Numbered from the stretch's first letter, positions 7,229-17,220 are shown. The stretch: DNA of 31,463 nucleotides from Candidatus Micrarchaeota archaeon (GCA_037440825.1 JBBITJ010000002.1:23016-54478), one strand, 5' to 3'. The notes: generated by a model not told the origin, from the letters alone. Program-made: numbers and translations.

Positions 7229-9343
7229 ATGCAACTCATAGTGGCGGAAAAGCCCAAAGTAGCGGGTAAAATAGCCATGTTCATAGGCTCCAAAGTCGTA
7301 AGGAAATCCGCGGGCAGCGTGAGCTATTACGAGACCACGGTGAACGGCAAAACCGTGGTGGTAGCTCCTGTAGTGGGGCACGTCTTCACCCTTGTGGAGA
7401 AGAAGCGCACCAAGACCTACCCCACATTTGATATAGAATGGGTGCCTGCGTACAAGGGAAGCAAGGACGCCGCGTACACGAAAGAGTATGTGGACCTCCT
7501 CACCCAGCTTTCCAAACAGGCTGACGAGCTTGTGGTAGCTACGGACTTCGACATAGAAGGAAGCCTGATCGGCTACAACGTTTTCAGGTTCTGCTACGGC
7601 AAGCAGAACGGGAAGAGGATGCGCTTTTCCGCGCTTACTCCGAGGGACATCAAGGAAGCGTACGAGAAAATAGAGCCCCTGGACTACCAGAACGCGTACG
7701 CAGGCGAAGCGAGGCACATACTGGACTGGTATTACGGAATAAACCTTTCACGCGCGCTCATGAGTTCGCTCATAAAGAACAACGTGTTCAAGGTAATGAG
7801 CATAGGGCGGGTGCAGGGCCCCACCTTGGGGATACTCGCGGAGCGCGAACTGGAAATAAGGAAATTCGTCCCCACTCCGTATTGGGAGGTTTTCGCGTAC
7901 GCGAAGGACGCGGAGTTCAAGCACGCGCTGGACCGCTTCACCGAAGAGAATTCTGCCCAGCAGGCGTACGAAAAAATCGGCAAAGCAGGAACCGTGGAAG
8001 AGGTGCAGAAAGAGGAGAAAACCGTTTACCCCTACCCTCCGTTCGACCTCACCAGCTTGCAGATCGAGGCGTACAGGCTGTTCGGGTTCTCCCCTTCACA
8101 AACTCTGGAGCTCGCGCAGTCCCTCTATGAAAGCTCCTACATCTCATACCCAAGAACCAGTTCGCAGAAGCTTCCGCCCAACCTGGGCCTGCAGAACATA
8201 ATCATGAAAGTGGCGGAGATCCCGGATTACAAGGAGAAGGCGCAGGAGCTCATAGCCAACGAATGGTTCAGGCCCTTCCAGGGAAGGAAAGAAGATCCCG
8301 CGCATCCAGCAATACATCCCACCGGCATTTACGGGAAGATGGAGGAGAAGGAGAGGAAGCTCTACGATTTGATAGTCCGCAGGTTCCTTTCCGTGTTCGC
8401 GCCGTTCGGGAAAAAGGAACTCACAAAGGTCACGCTCGATTCGAACGGCGAAAAGCTGCTGGCTAACGGCGCACGCCTCTTGGAGCCTGGCTGGACGAAG
8501 TTCTACGGCGATTACTACACTGCAGAAGATGTGCTTATACCGGAATTCACCAAGGGCGAGGTGGTCTTCATCTCCGACAAGAAGAAGGAGAAGAAGGAGA
8601 CCAAGCCCCCGAAGCGATACACTGCAGCCTCGCTCATCTCCGAATTGGAGAGACGGCACCTGGGCACCAAGGCAACGCGGGCAGTGGTGATCGACACGCT
8701 GGTGAGCCGCGACTACATAAAGGGAAGGAACATAGAGGTCACGGATTTCGGAATGGCCGTCTACCACGCGATGAAAACCAATGCCAGCCGCATACTCGAC
8801 GAGAATCTCACCCGTGCGATAGAGGACGACATGGAGAAAATCCAGACTGGCGAGATGACCAAGGAGAAGGTGGTGCAGGAAGGCAAGGACGCGCTCGTGG
8901 AAATCCTCAATGAATTCAAGCTGCACGAGGCGGAGATTGGGAAGGAGCTCAAGGCAGCGCTCGAGGAGACGGAGATGCGGGACAAGGTTGTGGGCAAGTG
9001 CAACCTGTGCGGAACCGGAAACCTGAAGATAATCAATTTCAAGGACAGCAATTTCATAGGCTGCTCCAGCTACCCGAATTGCAGGAACTCATTCCCCCTT
9101 CCGCGTTTCGGGTTCCCCAAGCCCACGGGCAAGGTGTGCAAGATAGACGGGATGCCGATAGTCCTCATACTGCGCGGAAAGGGCTCGAGATTCGAGATGT
9201 GCATAGGCAAGGACTGTCCGAGCAAGGCGGATTGGGGCAAGAAAGAGGAAAAGAAGGAAGCTGCGAAGCCTGTTTCACCATCCGCTCCGAAAGAGGAGAA
9301 GAAGCCGAAGGCAAAGAGAGTGCGGAAAAAGAAAGCCGAGTAG
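7229..9343 (+). CDS. topA: DNA topoisomerase I (type IA) with C-terminal Zn ribbons and basic tail
   Basis: VAEKP, ATDFDIEG (TOPRIM), GRVQGPTL, YISYPRT (catalytic Tyr), AHPAIHPT, LGTKATR, C-terminal Cys clusters. Confidence 0.97.
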   Translation: MQLIVAEKPKVAGKIAMFIGSKVVRKSAGSVSYYETTVNGKTVVVAPVVGHVFTLVEKKRTKTYPTFDIEWVPAYKGSKDAAYTKEYVDLLTQLSKQADELVVATDFDIEGSLIGYNVFRFCYGKQNGKRMRFSALTPRDIKEAYEKIEPLDYQNAYAGEARHILDWYYGINLSRALMSSLIKNNVFKVMSIGRVQGPTLGILAERELEIRKFVPTPYWEVFAYAKDAEFKHALDRFTEENSAQQAYEKIGKAGTVEEVQKEEKTVYPYPPFDLTSLQIEAYRLFGFSPSQTLELAQSLYESSYISYPRTSSQKLPPNLGLQNIIMKVAEIPDYKEKAQELIANEWFRPFQGRKEDPAHPAIHPTGIYGKMEEKERKLYDLIVRRFLSVFAPFGKKELTKVTLDSNGEKLLANGARLLEPGWTKFYGDYYTAEDVLIPEFTKGEVVFISDKKKEKKETKPPKRYTAASLISELERRHLGTKATRAVVIDTLVSRDYIKGRNIEVTDFGMAVYHAMKTNASRILDENLTRAIEDDMEKIQTGEMTKEKVVQEGKDALVEILNEFKLHEAEIGKELKAALEETEMRDKVVGKCNLCGTGNLKIINFKDSNFIGCSSYPNCRNSFPLPRFGFPKPTGKVCKIDGMPIVLILRGKGSRFEMCIGKDCPSKADWGKKEEKKEAAKPVSPSAPKEEKKPKAKRVRKKKAE

Positions 9344-9360
9344 CCCGCTAGTCGTGAATT

Positions 9361-9674
9361 ATGTGCCTGAGCGCCTTCCTCAGGAGAAAAAAGCGGCTGA
9401 AAACAGGAATGCGGTGTAAAAGCTCATCCCCCCTCTCACTCAGCGGTTCAGCAAATCCTGAAAAAACCTGAACAGCTATCCGCTTTGCGACGCGAGGTAC
9501 ATGGGCGTGGACATAAAGACTCCGGCGTGGTTCATGGGGTACTGGAACGTAGTTGCGATAGGACTGCCTTCCGCAAAACCCATAACCATAGAGATAACGA
9601 ACAAGGAAATCGCGGACTCGTTCAAGGCGTATTTCGAGGACTTCTGGAAAAAGAGCAGGTCTTTCAAGCAGTAG
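9361..9674 (+). pseudogene. Remnant of a TrmB-like regulator C-terminal domain
   Basis: Frame 9501-9674 ends ...PITIEITNKEIADSFKAYFEDFWKKS, typical of TrmB-family C-termini. Upstream similarity is broken by frameshifts and stops. No HTH domain. Confidence 0.6.
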
Positions 9675-9725
9675 TTTTTTATTCCTCCGCTTCCATCTAC
9701 GCTTACTAATCGTCAGGTGCATCTC

Positions 9726-10919
9726 ATGGTAAGGAAATTCGGCAACCATCATTTGAAGGGAAAAGTGGTCTTCAAGCGCATAGACATAAACTCGCCTGTG
9801 GAAGGCGGGGTGGTGCAGATGAATCCCCGCATCCGCGCGCACGCGAAGAGCATAGCCGAGCTGCGGGACGCCGGAGCCAAAGTCGTGCTCCTTGCGCACC
9901 AGGGCAGGCCCGGCGAAGAGGATTTCATCCAATTGGACCAGCACGCGAAGCTCCTCGAAAAGGAGCTGGGGACGCCAGTGCATTATGTAGACGACGTGAT
10001 AGGCGAGAAGGCGCAGAAGGCGATCGCGCAGCTGAAGGAAGGCGAAATCCTCCTGCTCAACAACGTGCGCATGCTCGGCGACGAGATGAAGAAGACACAC
10101 GACGCGGAGATAGTGAAGGCCCTAAAGCCGCTCGGCGACTATTTCATACTGGACGCGCTTTCGGTCTCGCACAGGGAGCACGCGAGCGTCACCGGGTTCA
10201 CGTACCACCTTCCAAGCGGTGCTGGGAAGGTGCTGCACGAGGAGATTGAGGCGCTGAAAAGGATGGACAGCGCGAGGAACATAACGTTCATATTCGGCGG
10301 CTCCAAGGTAGAGGACTCGTTCCACGTGATGAAGCGCTGGCTGAGCACGGACAAGGTGAAAAAAATCCTGGTGGGCGGCGCGCTGGCGATACTATTCCTG
10401 CACGCGAAGGGTTACAGAGTAGGCAAGTCGCTCGATTTCCTCCAGAAGAGCGGGTTGATAATCCACGCGGACGAGGCGCGGCGCATGGTGGAAAAATACC
10501 CGGACAAGATCGAAATCCCGATAGACGTTGGGCTCAATATAGATGGAAAAAGGGTGGACTGCAACGTGGACGAGATCGTGGAAGGCGAGATATTCGACAT
10601 AAGCGAAAAAACCCTCTTGCGGTACAAGCAGATAATCTTCGATTCCGATTTCATATTCATGAACGGCCCCATGGGCGTGTACGAGAAGAAGGAGTTCGGC
10701 TGGGGCACGCAGCACGTGCTCGAAGCGGTTTCGCGCTCCAAGGCGTTCTCCATACTCGGCGGAGGGCACACGATAACCGCAATAGAAAAATTCGGCATCC
10801 CAAGGGAGAAGCTCGGCTACATCTCCCTTTCCGGAAAAGCGCTTGTGGAATATTTGAGCGGAAAGGAATTGCCCGGGCTCAAAGCCCTGATGGACAACCT
10901 GGAGAAGTTCAGCGTTTGA
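9726..10919 (+). CDS. pgk: Phosphoglycerate kinase
   Basis: RIDINSP, LAHQGRPG, LLNNVR, SHREHAS, GGSKVED, NGPMGVYE, GGGHT, SLSGKA. AGGTG before ATG 9726. Confidence 0.97.
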   Translation: MVRKFGNHHLKGKVVFKRIDINSPVEGGVVQMNPRIRAHAKSIAELRDAGAKVVLLAHQGRPGEEDFIQLDQHAKLLEKELGTPVHYVDDVIGEKAQKAIAQLKEGEILLLNNVRMLGDEMKKTHDAEIVKALKPLGDYFILDALSVSHREHASVTGFTYHLPSGAGKVLHEEIEALKRMDSARNITFIFGGSKVEDSFHVMKRWLSTDKVKKILVGGALAILFLHAKGYRVGKSLDFLQKSGLIIHADEARRMVEKYPDKIEIPIDVGLNIDGKRVDCNVDEIVEGEIFDISEKTLLRYKQIIFDSDFIFMNGPMGVYEKKEFGWGTQHVLEAVSRSKAFSILGGGHTITAIEKFGIPREKLGYISLSGKALVEYLSGKELPGLKALMDNLEKFSV

Positions 10920-10978
10920 ACGCGCGCGTTCGTGGGAGCCGGGAATCTTTATAAACTTTCCCGGAGTTTTTCGCTCTC

Positions 10979-12598
10979 ATGAAGGGGCTGCATTTTCTCT
11001 TTCTATTCGCATTATTCCTCGCGCTCTCAGCATTCGTGATGGGCGGAGACGTATTCTATCTGGCTTATTTCACGCTCAGGAGCATTGTCAGGATGCTCGG
11101 CGCGTACGCCCTTTCAATCGTCTTCTCGTTCACAGTGGGCATACTCATAATCCACAACAAGAGGGCGCACGAGTTTCTCTTTCCCGCGCTGGACGTCCTG
11201 CAGGCCATCCCCATCCTGGGCTTCTTCCCGTTCGCGCTCCTTTTCTTCGTCTACACGTTCCCCGGAGGGCTACTCGGCGAGGAACTGTCATCAATATTTC
11301 TCATATTCACCGCGATGACGTGGGCGATCGTGTTCGCGGTGATAGAAAGCGCCGCGTCAATAACGAACGAAATGCGCGACCTCGCGCGCATAACCGGGCT
11401 GAAGGGAGCGCGCTATCTCACCCACCTCTTCCTTCCGGTCTCGTTCCCGCAGTTCGTGTCCGGCTCCATAACCGGATGGGGTGGCGGCTGGTACTTCCTA
11501 GTCGCGAGCGAGTACCTCGCATTAGGCAGCGACAAGATCGCGCTTCCGGGGCTGGGCGCGTTCATAGCCAAGTCCGCCTTTTCCTACAACATCCTCTATT
11601 CTCTGCTGGGGCTGGGGATGCTCGCATTCATAGTCGTGGGCATGAACCTCTACCTCTGGCAGCCTCTGCTCAGGAAAGCCAAGGGCTATTCGTCGGAATC
11701 CCAGCTCGAGCACGCTGAAACCAGCCCGTTCCTCATCAACATCCTTGAAAATGGCTATTCGGCGATGTGCGCCGGCGCCGAGAGGTTCCAGAAGCAATCC
11801 GAAAAAATCCTTTCGTCCCTTTCCGTGATTCCGGAGAGTTCAGGAATGAAGGAGGAGCGGGGCGCGGAGGCGGTATCCACGGTCCTCATCATCGCAGTGT
11901 CCTTCATTTTCCTTTACGTGCTTCTTTTCCGCACGCCTTCCCTTCTTGAAAACTTCTCGATTCTCAATCACACCTTCAGTTCCCTCCTGCGTCTTTCCGT
12001 GGCGTTTGCAATCGCGCTCTTCTGGACCGCATCGGTGGCGATATTCCTCGCGAAGAACAAGAATGCGATGAGGATCCTCATGCCGCTTTTCGACATAGGG
12101 CAGTCCATACCCGCGGTCTCCCTCTTCCCCATATTAGTCATCCTTGTTGTCCAAACAATAGGCGGAAGGCTCGGGCTCGAAGTCGCGTCCGTGCTCCTCG
12201 TGCTCACTGGCATGCAGTGGTACCTCCTCTTCAACCTCATAAGAGCGGTGCAGAACATCCCTGAAGACATACTGGACCTTTCCAAGCTCCTGAAGCTCGA
12301 CCGCTGGCAGGCGCTAGCGCACGTCGCAGTACCCACCATACTTCCTGCGGTGTTCGTAGGCGGGCTCGAGGCGATAGGGGGTGGGTGGAACGCCTCCATA
12401 ATAAGCGAGTACATAGTCGGGCCAGAAGGGAAGCCGTTCGAGATGCCCGGGCTCGGATTTCTCCTCTTCTCTTCGGCGATATCCGGAAACATGGACGGCA
12501 TAATCCTCGGGGTTTCCGGCATAACACTAATAATACTGGCGACCAATAAGTTCTTGTGGAAACCGCTGATAAAGGGAAGCGATAGGTACAAGTTCTGA
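10979..12598 (+). CDS. ABC transporter permease, NitT/TauT type, with two fused TM domains
   Basis: Two homologous halves (LDVLQAIPILGFFP / FDIGQSIPAVSLFP; GWGGGWYFLVASE / AIGGGWNASIISE; LPGLG / MPGLG). Confidence 0.9.
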   Translation: MKGLHFLFLFALFLALSAFVMGGDVFYLAYFTLRSIVRMLGAYALSIVFSFTVGILIIHNKRAHEFLFPALDVLQAIPILGFFPFALLFFVYTFPGGLLGEELSSIFLIFTAMTWAIVFAVIESAASITNEMRDLARITGLKGARYLTHLFLPVSFPQFVSGSITGWGGGWYFLVASEYLALGSDKIALPGLGAFIAKSAFSYNILYSLLGLGMLAFIVVGMNLYLWQPLLRKAKGYSSESQLEHAETSPFLINILENGYSAMCAGAERFQKQSEKILSSLSVIPESSGMKEERGAEAVSTVLIIAVSFIFLYVLLFRTPSLLENFSILNHTFSSLLRLSVAFAIALFWTASVAIFLAKNKNAMRILMPLFDIGQSIPAVSLFPILVILVVQTIGGRLGLEVASVLLVLTGMQWYLLFNLIRAVQNIPEDILDLSKLLKLDRWQALAHVAVPTILPAVFVGGLEAIGGGWNASIISEYIVGPEGKPFEMPGLGFLLFSSAISGNMDGIILGVSGITLIILATNKFLWKPLIKGSDRYKF

Positions 12599-12605
12599 TG
12601 ATTCC

Positions 12606-13349
12606 ATGGTAGAGCTGCGCCTGAAGAATGTGTCCAAGACGTACGAAGTGGAGGGCAAGGAGATCCCTGCAATTGAGGACGTATCGCTCAAGATAACCAA
12701 GAGAGAATCCATCGCGATCGTGGGTCCCTCGGGCTGCGGAAAGACCACTCTTGTGCGCATGATTGCAGGGCTGGAGAAGCCGAGCGGCGGGAGCGTGTTC
12801 TTCCACAACAAGCCTCTCGAAGGCACGAATGAAAAGATAATGATGGTTTTCCAGAGCTCCGCGCTGCTTCCGTGGAAGACTGTGCTGGAGAACGTCGAGC
12901 TTTCTCTCCTCAACAAAGAGGAGAAGGAGCGCCGCGAGCTGGCGAAGAGGTACATAAACATAGTGGGGCTGGACGGCTTCGAGGAGAACTATCCGAGGGA
13001 CCTGAGCAGCGGGATGAAGCAGCGCGTGAGTATCGCGAGGGCGCTGTGCAGGGAGCCGGAAATACTCATACTGGACGAGCCGTTCGCAGCGCTCGACCCG
13101 CTGACCGCGCGCAACCTGCAGAACGAGATATTGAGGTACTACCACCACAAGCGCCTCAAGCCCGACGTCATCATGCTGGTCACGCACAACATCCAGGAAG
13201 CGGTGTACATGGCAGACCGCGTAATCGTGCTCAGCCAGAGGCCCGGGCACGTGAAAGCCGACATGCGCATAGAGCTCGAGAAACCGAAGAACATGCACGA
13301 CCGCAGGTTCCAGGACTACGTTGACGAGATAACGTCCCTGATTACCTAG
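12606..13349 (+). CDS. ABC transporter ATP-binding protein, NitT/TauT type
   Basis: GPSGCGKTT, VFQ..ALLPW, LSSGMKQR, LILDEPF, VTHNIQEA, SQRPG. Confidence 0.95.
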   Translation: MVELRLKNVSKTYEVEGKEIPAIEDVSLKITKRESIAIVGPSGCGKTTLVRMIAGLEKPSGGSVFFHNKPLEGTNEKIMMVFQSSALLPWKTVLENVELSLLNKEEKERRELAKRYINIVGLDGFEENYPRDLSSGMKQRVSIARALCREPEILILDEPFAALDPLTARNLQNEILRYYHHKRLKPDVIMLVTHNIQEAVYMADRVIVLSQRPGHVKADMRIELEKPKNMHDRRFQDYVDEITSLIT

Positions 13350-13833
13350 GCTGCGTAGAAACGCTGCGGAACATGCGGTTCTGGCCGTCGTATTCGAATA
13401 TATCCACGTAAGTGCCCCAGTTTATGAAAAGCTTGTGGAACCTCTCGCGGTCCTGTATAGGGTATTTCTCGCTTATCTTCTGGAAAAGCTCCTCCTCCTT
13501 GCATGCGCCCTTATTTTTCAGGTGCGCGACAGCGGTCCTGAACGGCTCTATCCCCTCTATCTTCTTCCTCAGGATCCTCTTCTTGTCGTCTATCGTTCCC
13601 AAGCTGACCGCTTCCCCGTAGAGGGTGAGGCTGGCAGTGCCTTCCTTGACCTTCAGCAATTCTAAAAGCTCCGCCATGTCAACTGCGGCGCCCAATTCGT
13701 CTATCGGCATCCTTAGCTCCTCGCTGAGGAAAGAGATTTTCGCCTGCGAGCAGTAGGAGTACAGGACTTCGACCAGACCGAGCACTCGCCCGACGGTCGC
13801 ATCAGGAATCGGAAGTATCTTGTGCTTCACCAT
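13342..13833 (-). CDS. Stand-alone AAA-associated C-terminal domain protein (winged-helix like)
   Basis: P.ATVGRVLGLVE..., LSEEL.M.IDEL...AELL, INWGTY..IFEYD resemble the C-terminal domain normally fused to this NitT/TauT ATPase subfamily. Confidence 0.75.
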   Translation of the reverse strand: MVKHKILPIPDATVGRVLGLVEVLYSYCSQAKISFLSEELRMPIDELGAAVDMAELLELLKVKEGTASLTLYGEAVSLGTIDDKKRILRKKIEGIEPFRTAVAHLKNKGACKEEELFQKISEKYPIQDRERFHKLFINWGTYVDIFEYDGQNRMFRSVSTQPR

Positions 13834-13888
13834 AATACTCGCATTTTTCTTCGGTAAATATGTTTAAAAAGGATGGCAGGGGTGGTTT

Positions 13889-14083
13889 TCAGGGATTGGC
13901 TACTTCCGCCCTATCCAGATGAATTCCTTGTCGCCCCTGACTTCGAGTATGCCGACCTCGTGCCCGGAAGAGCCGGAACATGAGAACCCGGGCGCCGTTC
14001 ATCCGCGCCGGGATGTGCGTATTGTCGAACCTCGCCAGCGCTTCCTGCACTGTGAGCATGGTAACAACTTTTGCCTGAATCAT
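13889..14083 (-). CDS. Small hypothetical protein, possibly frameshifted
   Basis: ATG 14083 with AT-rich upstream region. The +1 frame after 13965 gives a more protein-like C-terminus ending at TAG 13900. Confidence 0.4.
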   Translation of the reverse strand: MIQAKVVTMLTVQEALARFDNTHIPARMNGARVLMFRLFRARGRHTRSQGRQGIHLDRAEVANP

Positions 14084-14224
14084 AATCTCAAGAATATACT
14101 TTATCCCACACTCTATTTAATGGTTCGCGCGCCCAGACGAAAATAATTCAGTACTCAAGGTCCCAATCATAGCCGCTTTCGCAGCTCAGACAATCTTGTG
14201 TTCATCAGCAATACGATTAGGAAA

Positions 14225-14265
14225 CAGGGAAATAAAAAACCAGATGAAAAGGAAAAGAAAAGGGA
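14225..14265 (-). terminator. T-rich archaeal terminator after tfb
   Basis: Minus strand CCCTTTTCTTTTCCTTTTCATCTGGTTTTTTATTTCCC directly after the stop. Confidence 0.55.
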
Positions 14266-14271
14266 TATGGA

Positions 14272-15180
14272 CTAGAGGTTTATCTTGAGGCCGAGCTCCT
14301 TCTTGAGCTCCCTGTACCTGTTCCTGATGGTAACCTCGGTAACTCCTGCTACGTCCGCGACCTCCTTCTGCGTCCTCTTCTCCCCGTGCATTGCACTGGA
14401 GATGTAAAGGGCAGCAGCCGCAACCCCTGTGGGCCCGCGCCCGGAAATCAGCCCTTTCTTGACCGATTTCTTGATGAGCTTCACCGCCTCTTCCTGCACC
14501 TGCGGGCCGAGCTTGAGCGCAGCAGCGAACTTCGGCACGTACTGGCTCGGGTCAGTGAGCGGAACGTCCACGTCCAGCTCCACCTTTATGAACCTGTAAG
14601 CCCTCCCTATCTCCTTCTTCTCAATTCCGGACGCCTTCGCAATCTCGTCCAGCGTCCTCGGTATCCCGTGCATCCTGCAAATGGCGTAGATGACCGCGGA
14701 TACGACGCTCTCTATGAGCCTTCCGCGTATGAGCTCCTCCTTAACCACCCTCCTGTAGAGCAGGGCTGCGCTCTCCTTTATGTTCTCAGGGAGCCCGAGC
14801 GAGGATGCTATCCTGTCCAGCTCAGCCAGTGCAATTGCGAGGTTCCTCTCCATAGATGTGGCTATGCTCACCCTCTTGTGCCACTTCCTCATCCTGTAGA
14901 GCTGCGCCTGCTTCTTGGGCGAAATTTTCACTCCCCTGATGTCCCTGTTGTACTGGTCTATCTCGGTGACGAGGCCCTTGTTCGGCCTCATGAACTTGAC
15001 CGGAGCGCCTCCGCGCGCCCTTTTCTCCTTCTGCTCAGCGTCGAACGCCCTCCACTCGGGCCCGAAGTCCACGATGTTCTCGCTTACGATCAGCCCGCAG
15101 CTCGCGCAGATTATCTCCCCCTTCTCGTAGTCCCTTATGAGTTTCTTGCTTCCGCATTCTGAACATTTGGTTTCGCTCAT
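14272..15180 (-). CDS. tfb: Transcription initiation factor IIB (TFB)
   Basis: Zn ribbon CSEC...CASC, GPEWRAF, two cyclin repeats, GRGPTGVAAA, VTEVTIRNRYREL. Purine-rich RBS before ATG 15180. Confidence 0.98.
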   Translation of the reverse strand: MSETKCSECGSKKLIRDYEKGEIICASCGLIVSENIVDFGPEWRAFDAEQKEKRARGGAPVKFMRPNKGLVTEIDQYNRDIRGVKISPKKQAQLYRMRKWHKRVSIATSMERNLAIALAELDRIASSLGLPENIKESAALLYRRVVKEELIRGRLIESVVSAVIYAICRMHGIPRTLDEIAKASGIEKKEIGRAYRFIKVELDVDVPLTDPSQYVPKFAAALKLGPQVQEEAVKLIKKSVKKGLISGRGPTGVAAAALYISSAMHGEKRTQKEVADVAGVTEVTIRNRYRELKKELGLKINL

Positions 15181-15440
15181 TTCAAATCCCCCTTCAGTCA
15201 CGATAAGATTTTTAAATATTGCTATGATTTGCAGAACCATTTGGTAGCCTGGGGTTTAAATATTTTTCGCTTTTCTTCGGTTCAGTGAGAGATTTTTAAA
15301 CAAATCCCCCTAGCTTCAGGACCTTCCGGCGCTGGATGCACATAATAAAGACTAGGGGGTGCACGACAGCGAGAGGCAGACCTGGCGAGGAAGAGGGGCG
15401 GAGCCCAGAAAGGAAGCTGATTCCAAAATATCTGAAGGGA

Positions 15441-15468
15441 GGGTTCCAGGTTTTCTGTTTCCAGTCCC
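15441..15468 (-). repeat. Degenerate heptamer array (4 units)
   Basis: Minus strand GGGACTG GAAACAG AAAACCT GGAACCC just after the ABCE1 stop. Confidence 0.55.
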
Positions 15469-15474
15469 GCTGCT

Positions 15475-17220
15475 TCATTCCGTCTGGTAATAATACGCTC
15501 CCGTCTCTTTTTGCTCGCGGTCCAGCACGCTTTCCGGCTTATTTATGCGGGGACGGTTGGTGTCCTTGTCCCTGCGCATGGTGACGTCCACGAGCTTGAG
15601 GAACGCGTTCATCCCCTCCCTCTTGTTCATGGGCGTGGAAGCATGCCCATTCTCGCTCTGCTCGCCGTCGAAGACTATGAGCCGCGAGGAGACCGCGTCT
15701 ATGAACACTATGTCGTGGTCAACGATGAACGCGCTCTTGCTCGCATCCGCGAACACCGAGCGCAGCAGGTCCCCAAGGTTGAGCCTCTGCTCTATGTCCA
15801 GAAAAGCTGACGGCTCGTCCAGCAGATAAATGTCCGCCTCTGTGCTGAGCGCGAGCGTTATCGCCACTCTCTGCAATTCCCCTCCGGAAAGCTCCGAGAG
15901 GTTCTTGAGCATGAGCCTGTTCACGTCCAGCCTGCGCTTGCACTCCTCCAGCACGCTTCCTGAGAGCTGCTTGGACCTGAAGAGCTGCTCCACAGTCACT
16001 CCTTCCTCGCCTTTGATGTATTGGGGCTTGTAGGAGACCTTGAACTGCCCGCCTTCGCCCTCGTCAGGCTTCTCCACTCCCGCGAGCATCTTCACGAACG
16101 TGGATTTGCCGAGCGCGTTCCTTCCCACGATTCCCACTATTTCCCCTTCGCGTATGCTTCCTTCATCGCAGGAAAGGTCGAAGCCAGAATAATGCTTCTT
16201 CATCCTGGAATAGGAGAATTTGGGCGGCGTCTTCCTTTCGCCCTCGCTGAACCTGCTGAATATGATCTCGCGCTCCCTGAACTTTATGTTCTCGTCCTTC
16301 AGGAACCCGGAGAGGTATTCATTGATCCCTCCGCGCACGTTCTTCACGTTCGACACTACTCCGTAGACGTTCTCGTCTCCCCAGAAGAGATAGACGTAAT
16401 CGCTCGCGTAATCCAAAATGGCGAGGTCGTGCTCCGCGAGCATTATCTTGTTCTTCTCCCCGAACTCCTTCAGGAGAACCGCAATCCTCATCCTCTCGGC
16501 TATGTCCAGGTAGTTAGTTGGCTCATCAAAGAAGTAGATGTCCGCGTTTTTCATGTATGCGGTGGCAATTGCAAGCTTCTGCATCTCCCCTCCGGAGAGC
16601 TGGGAAAGTTTCCTTCCCAGTATCTTCTGCAAGCCGAATTTCCCTATCGCCTCCTCCATCCTTCCTTCGTCGAACTTCTTCAGCAATTCCCCTGCGGTGC
16701 CGTCGAAAAGGTCTCTTATCTGCTCTATGTTCTGCGGCTTGTAGCTGGCCTTCGCGGTCTTTCCGAGCGCTTCCCAGTACCGCCTCTGCTCTATGGTGAA
16801 TTTCTCCATGAGCTCCTGTTCGGAGTACTTCCTTTCGTAATCCCCGAAATTAGGCACAAGCTGCTTGGTGAGTATGCGCAGGGAAGTGGTCTTTCCTATG
16901 CCGTTCTTGCCCACGAGTCCCGTAACTCCGTCTTTGGGAAGGGGCATGCCGTGCACCCTGAACGCGTTTATCCCGTACTGGAAGAGCGGCGCGCCTATCT
17001 CCTCCTTGAGGTTGATTATGCTTATGCAGCTCACCGGGCACTTCTTCACGCATATGCCGCACCCTATGCAGAGCTGCTCGCTTATCACAGGGTAGCGCGT
17101 CGCCTCCTCGGTGACTATGCACTCCTTGCCCATCCTGTTCACTGGGCACGCCTTCTCGCACACGTAACCGCATTTCTCGCGGATGCACAAGTCCCTGTCA
17201 AGGACCGCTATTCTGCCCAT
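15475..17220 (-). CDS. abce1: ABCE1/Rli1 ribosome-recycling ATPase with N-terminal Fe-S domain
   Basis: RIAVLDRDLC...C...C...CP and CIGCGICVKKCP Fe-S motifs, two ABC domains (GKNGIGKTT, GRNALGKST, LSGGE), RPRINKP C-terminus. Start 17220 preferred; 17235 possible. Confidence 0.97.
   Translation of the reverse strand: MGRIAVLDRDLCIREKCGYVCEKACPVNRMGKECIVTEEATRYPVISEQLCIGCGICVKKCPVSCISIINLKEEIGAPLFQYGINAFRVHGMPLPKDGVTGLVGKNGIGKTTSLRILTKQLVPNFGDYERKYSEQELMEKFTIEQRRYWEALGKTAKASYKPQNIEQIRDLFDGTAGELLKKFDEGRMEEAIGKFGLQKILGRKLSQLSGGEMQKLAIATAYMKNADIYFFDEPTNYLDIAERMRIAVLLKEFGEKNKIMLAEHDLAILDYASDYVYLFWGDENVYGVVSNVKNVRGGINEYLSGFLKDENIKFREREIIFSRFSEGERKTPPKFSYSRMKKHYSGFDLSCDEGSIREGEIVGIVGRNALGKSTFVKMLAGVEKPDEGEGGQFKVSYKPQYIKGEEGVTVEQLFRSKQLSGSVLEECKRRLDVNRLMLKNLSELSGGELQRVAITLALSTEADIYLLDEPSAFLDIEQRLNLGDLLRSVFADASKSAFIVDHDIVFIDAVSSRLIVFDGEQSENGHASTPMNKREGMNAFLKLVDVTMRRDKDTNRPRINKPESVLDREQKETGAYYYQTE

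Noticed and set aside
12990..13030. ABC signature LSSGM instead of LSGGM
   Set aside because: A single substitution with all other motifs intact is not enough to claim inactivity.
15296..15478. 60-aa ORF coupled to ABCE1, and inverted repeat CCCCCTAG/CTAGGGGG as a possible ncRNA (SRP or RNase P)
   Set aside because: No SRP helix-8 or RNase P consensus found. The ORF start is built from the heptamer array and has no recognisable family.
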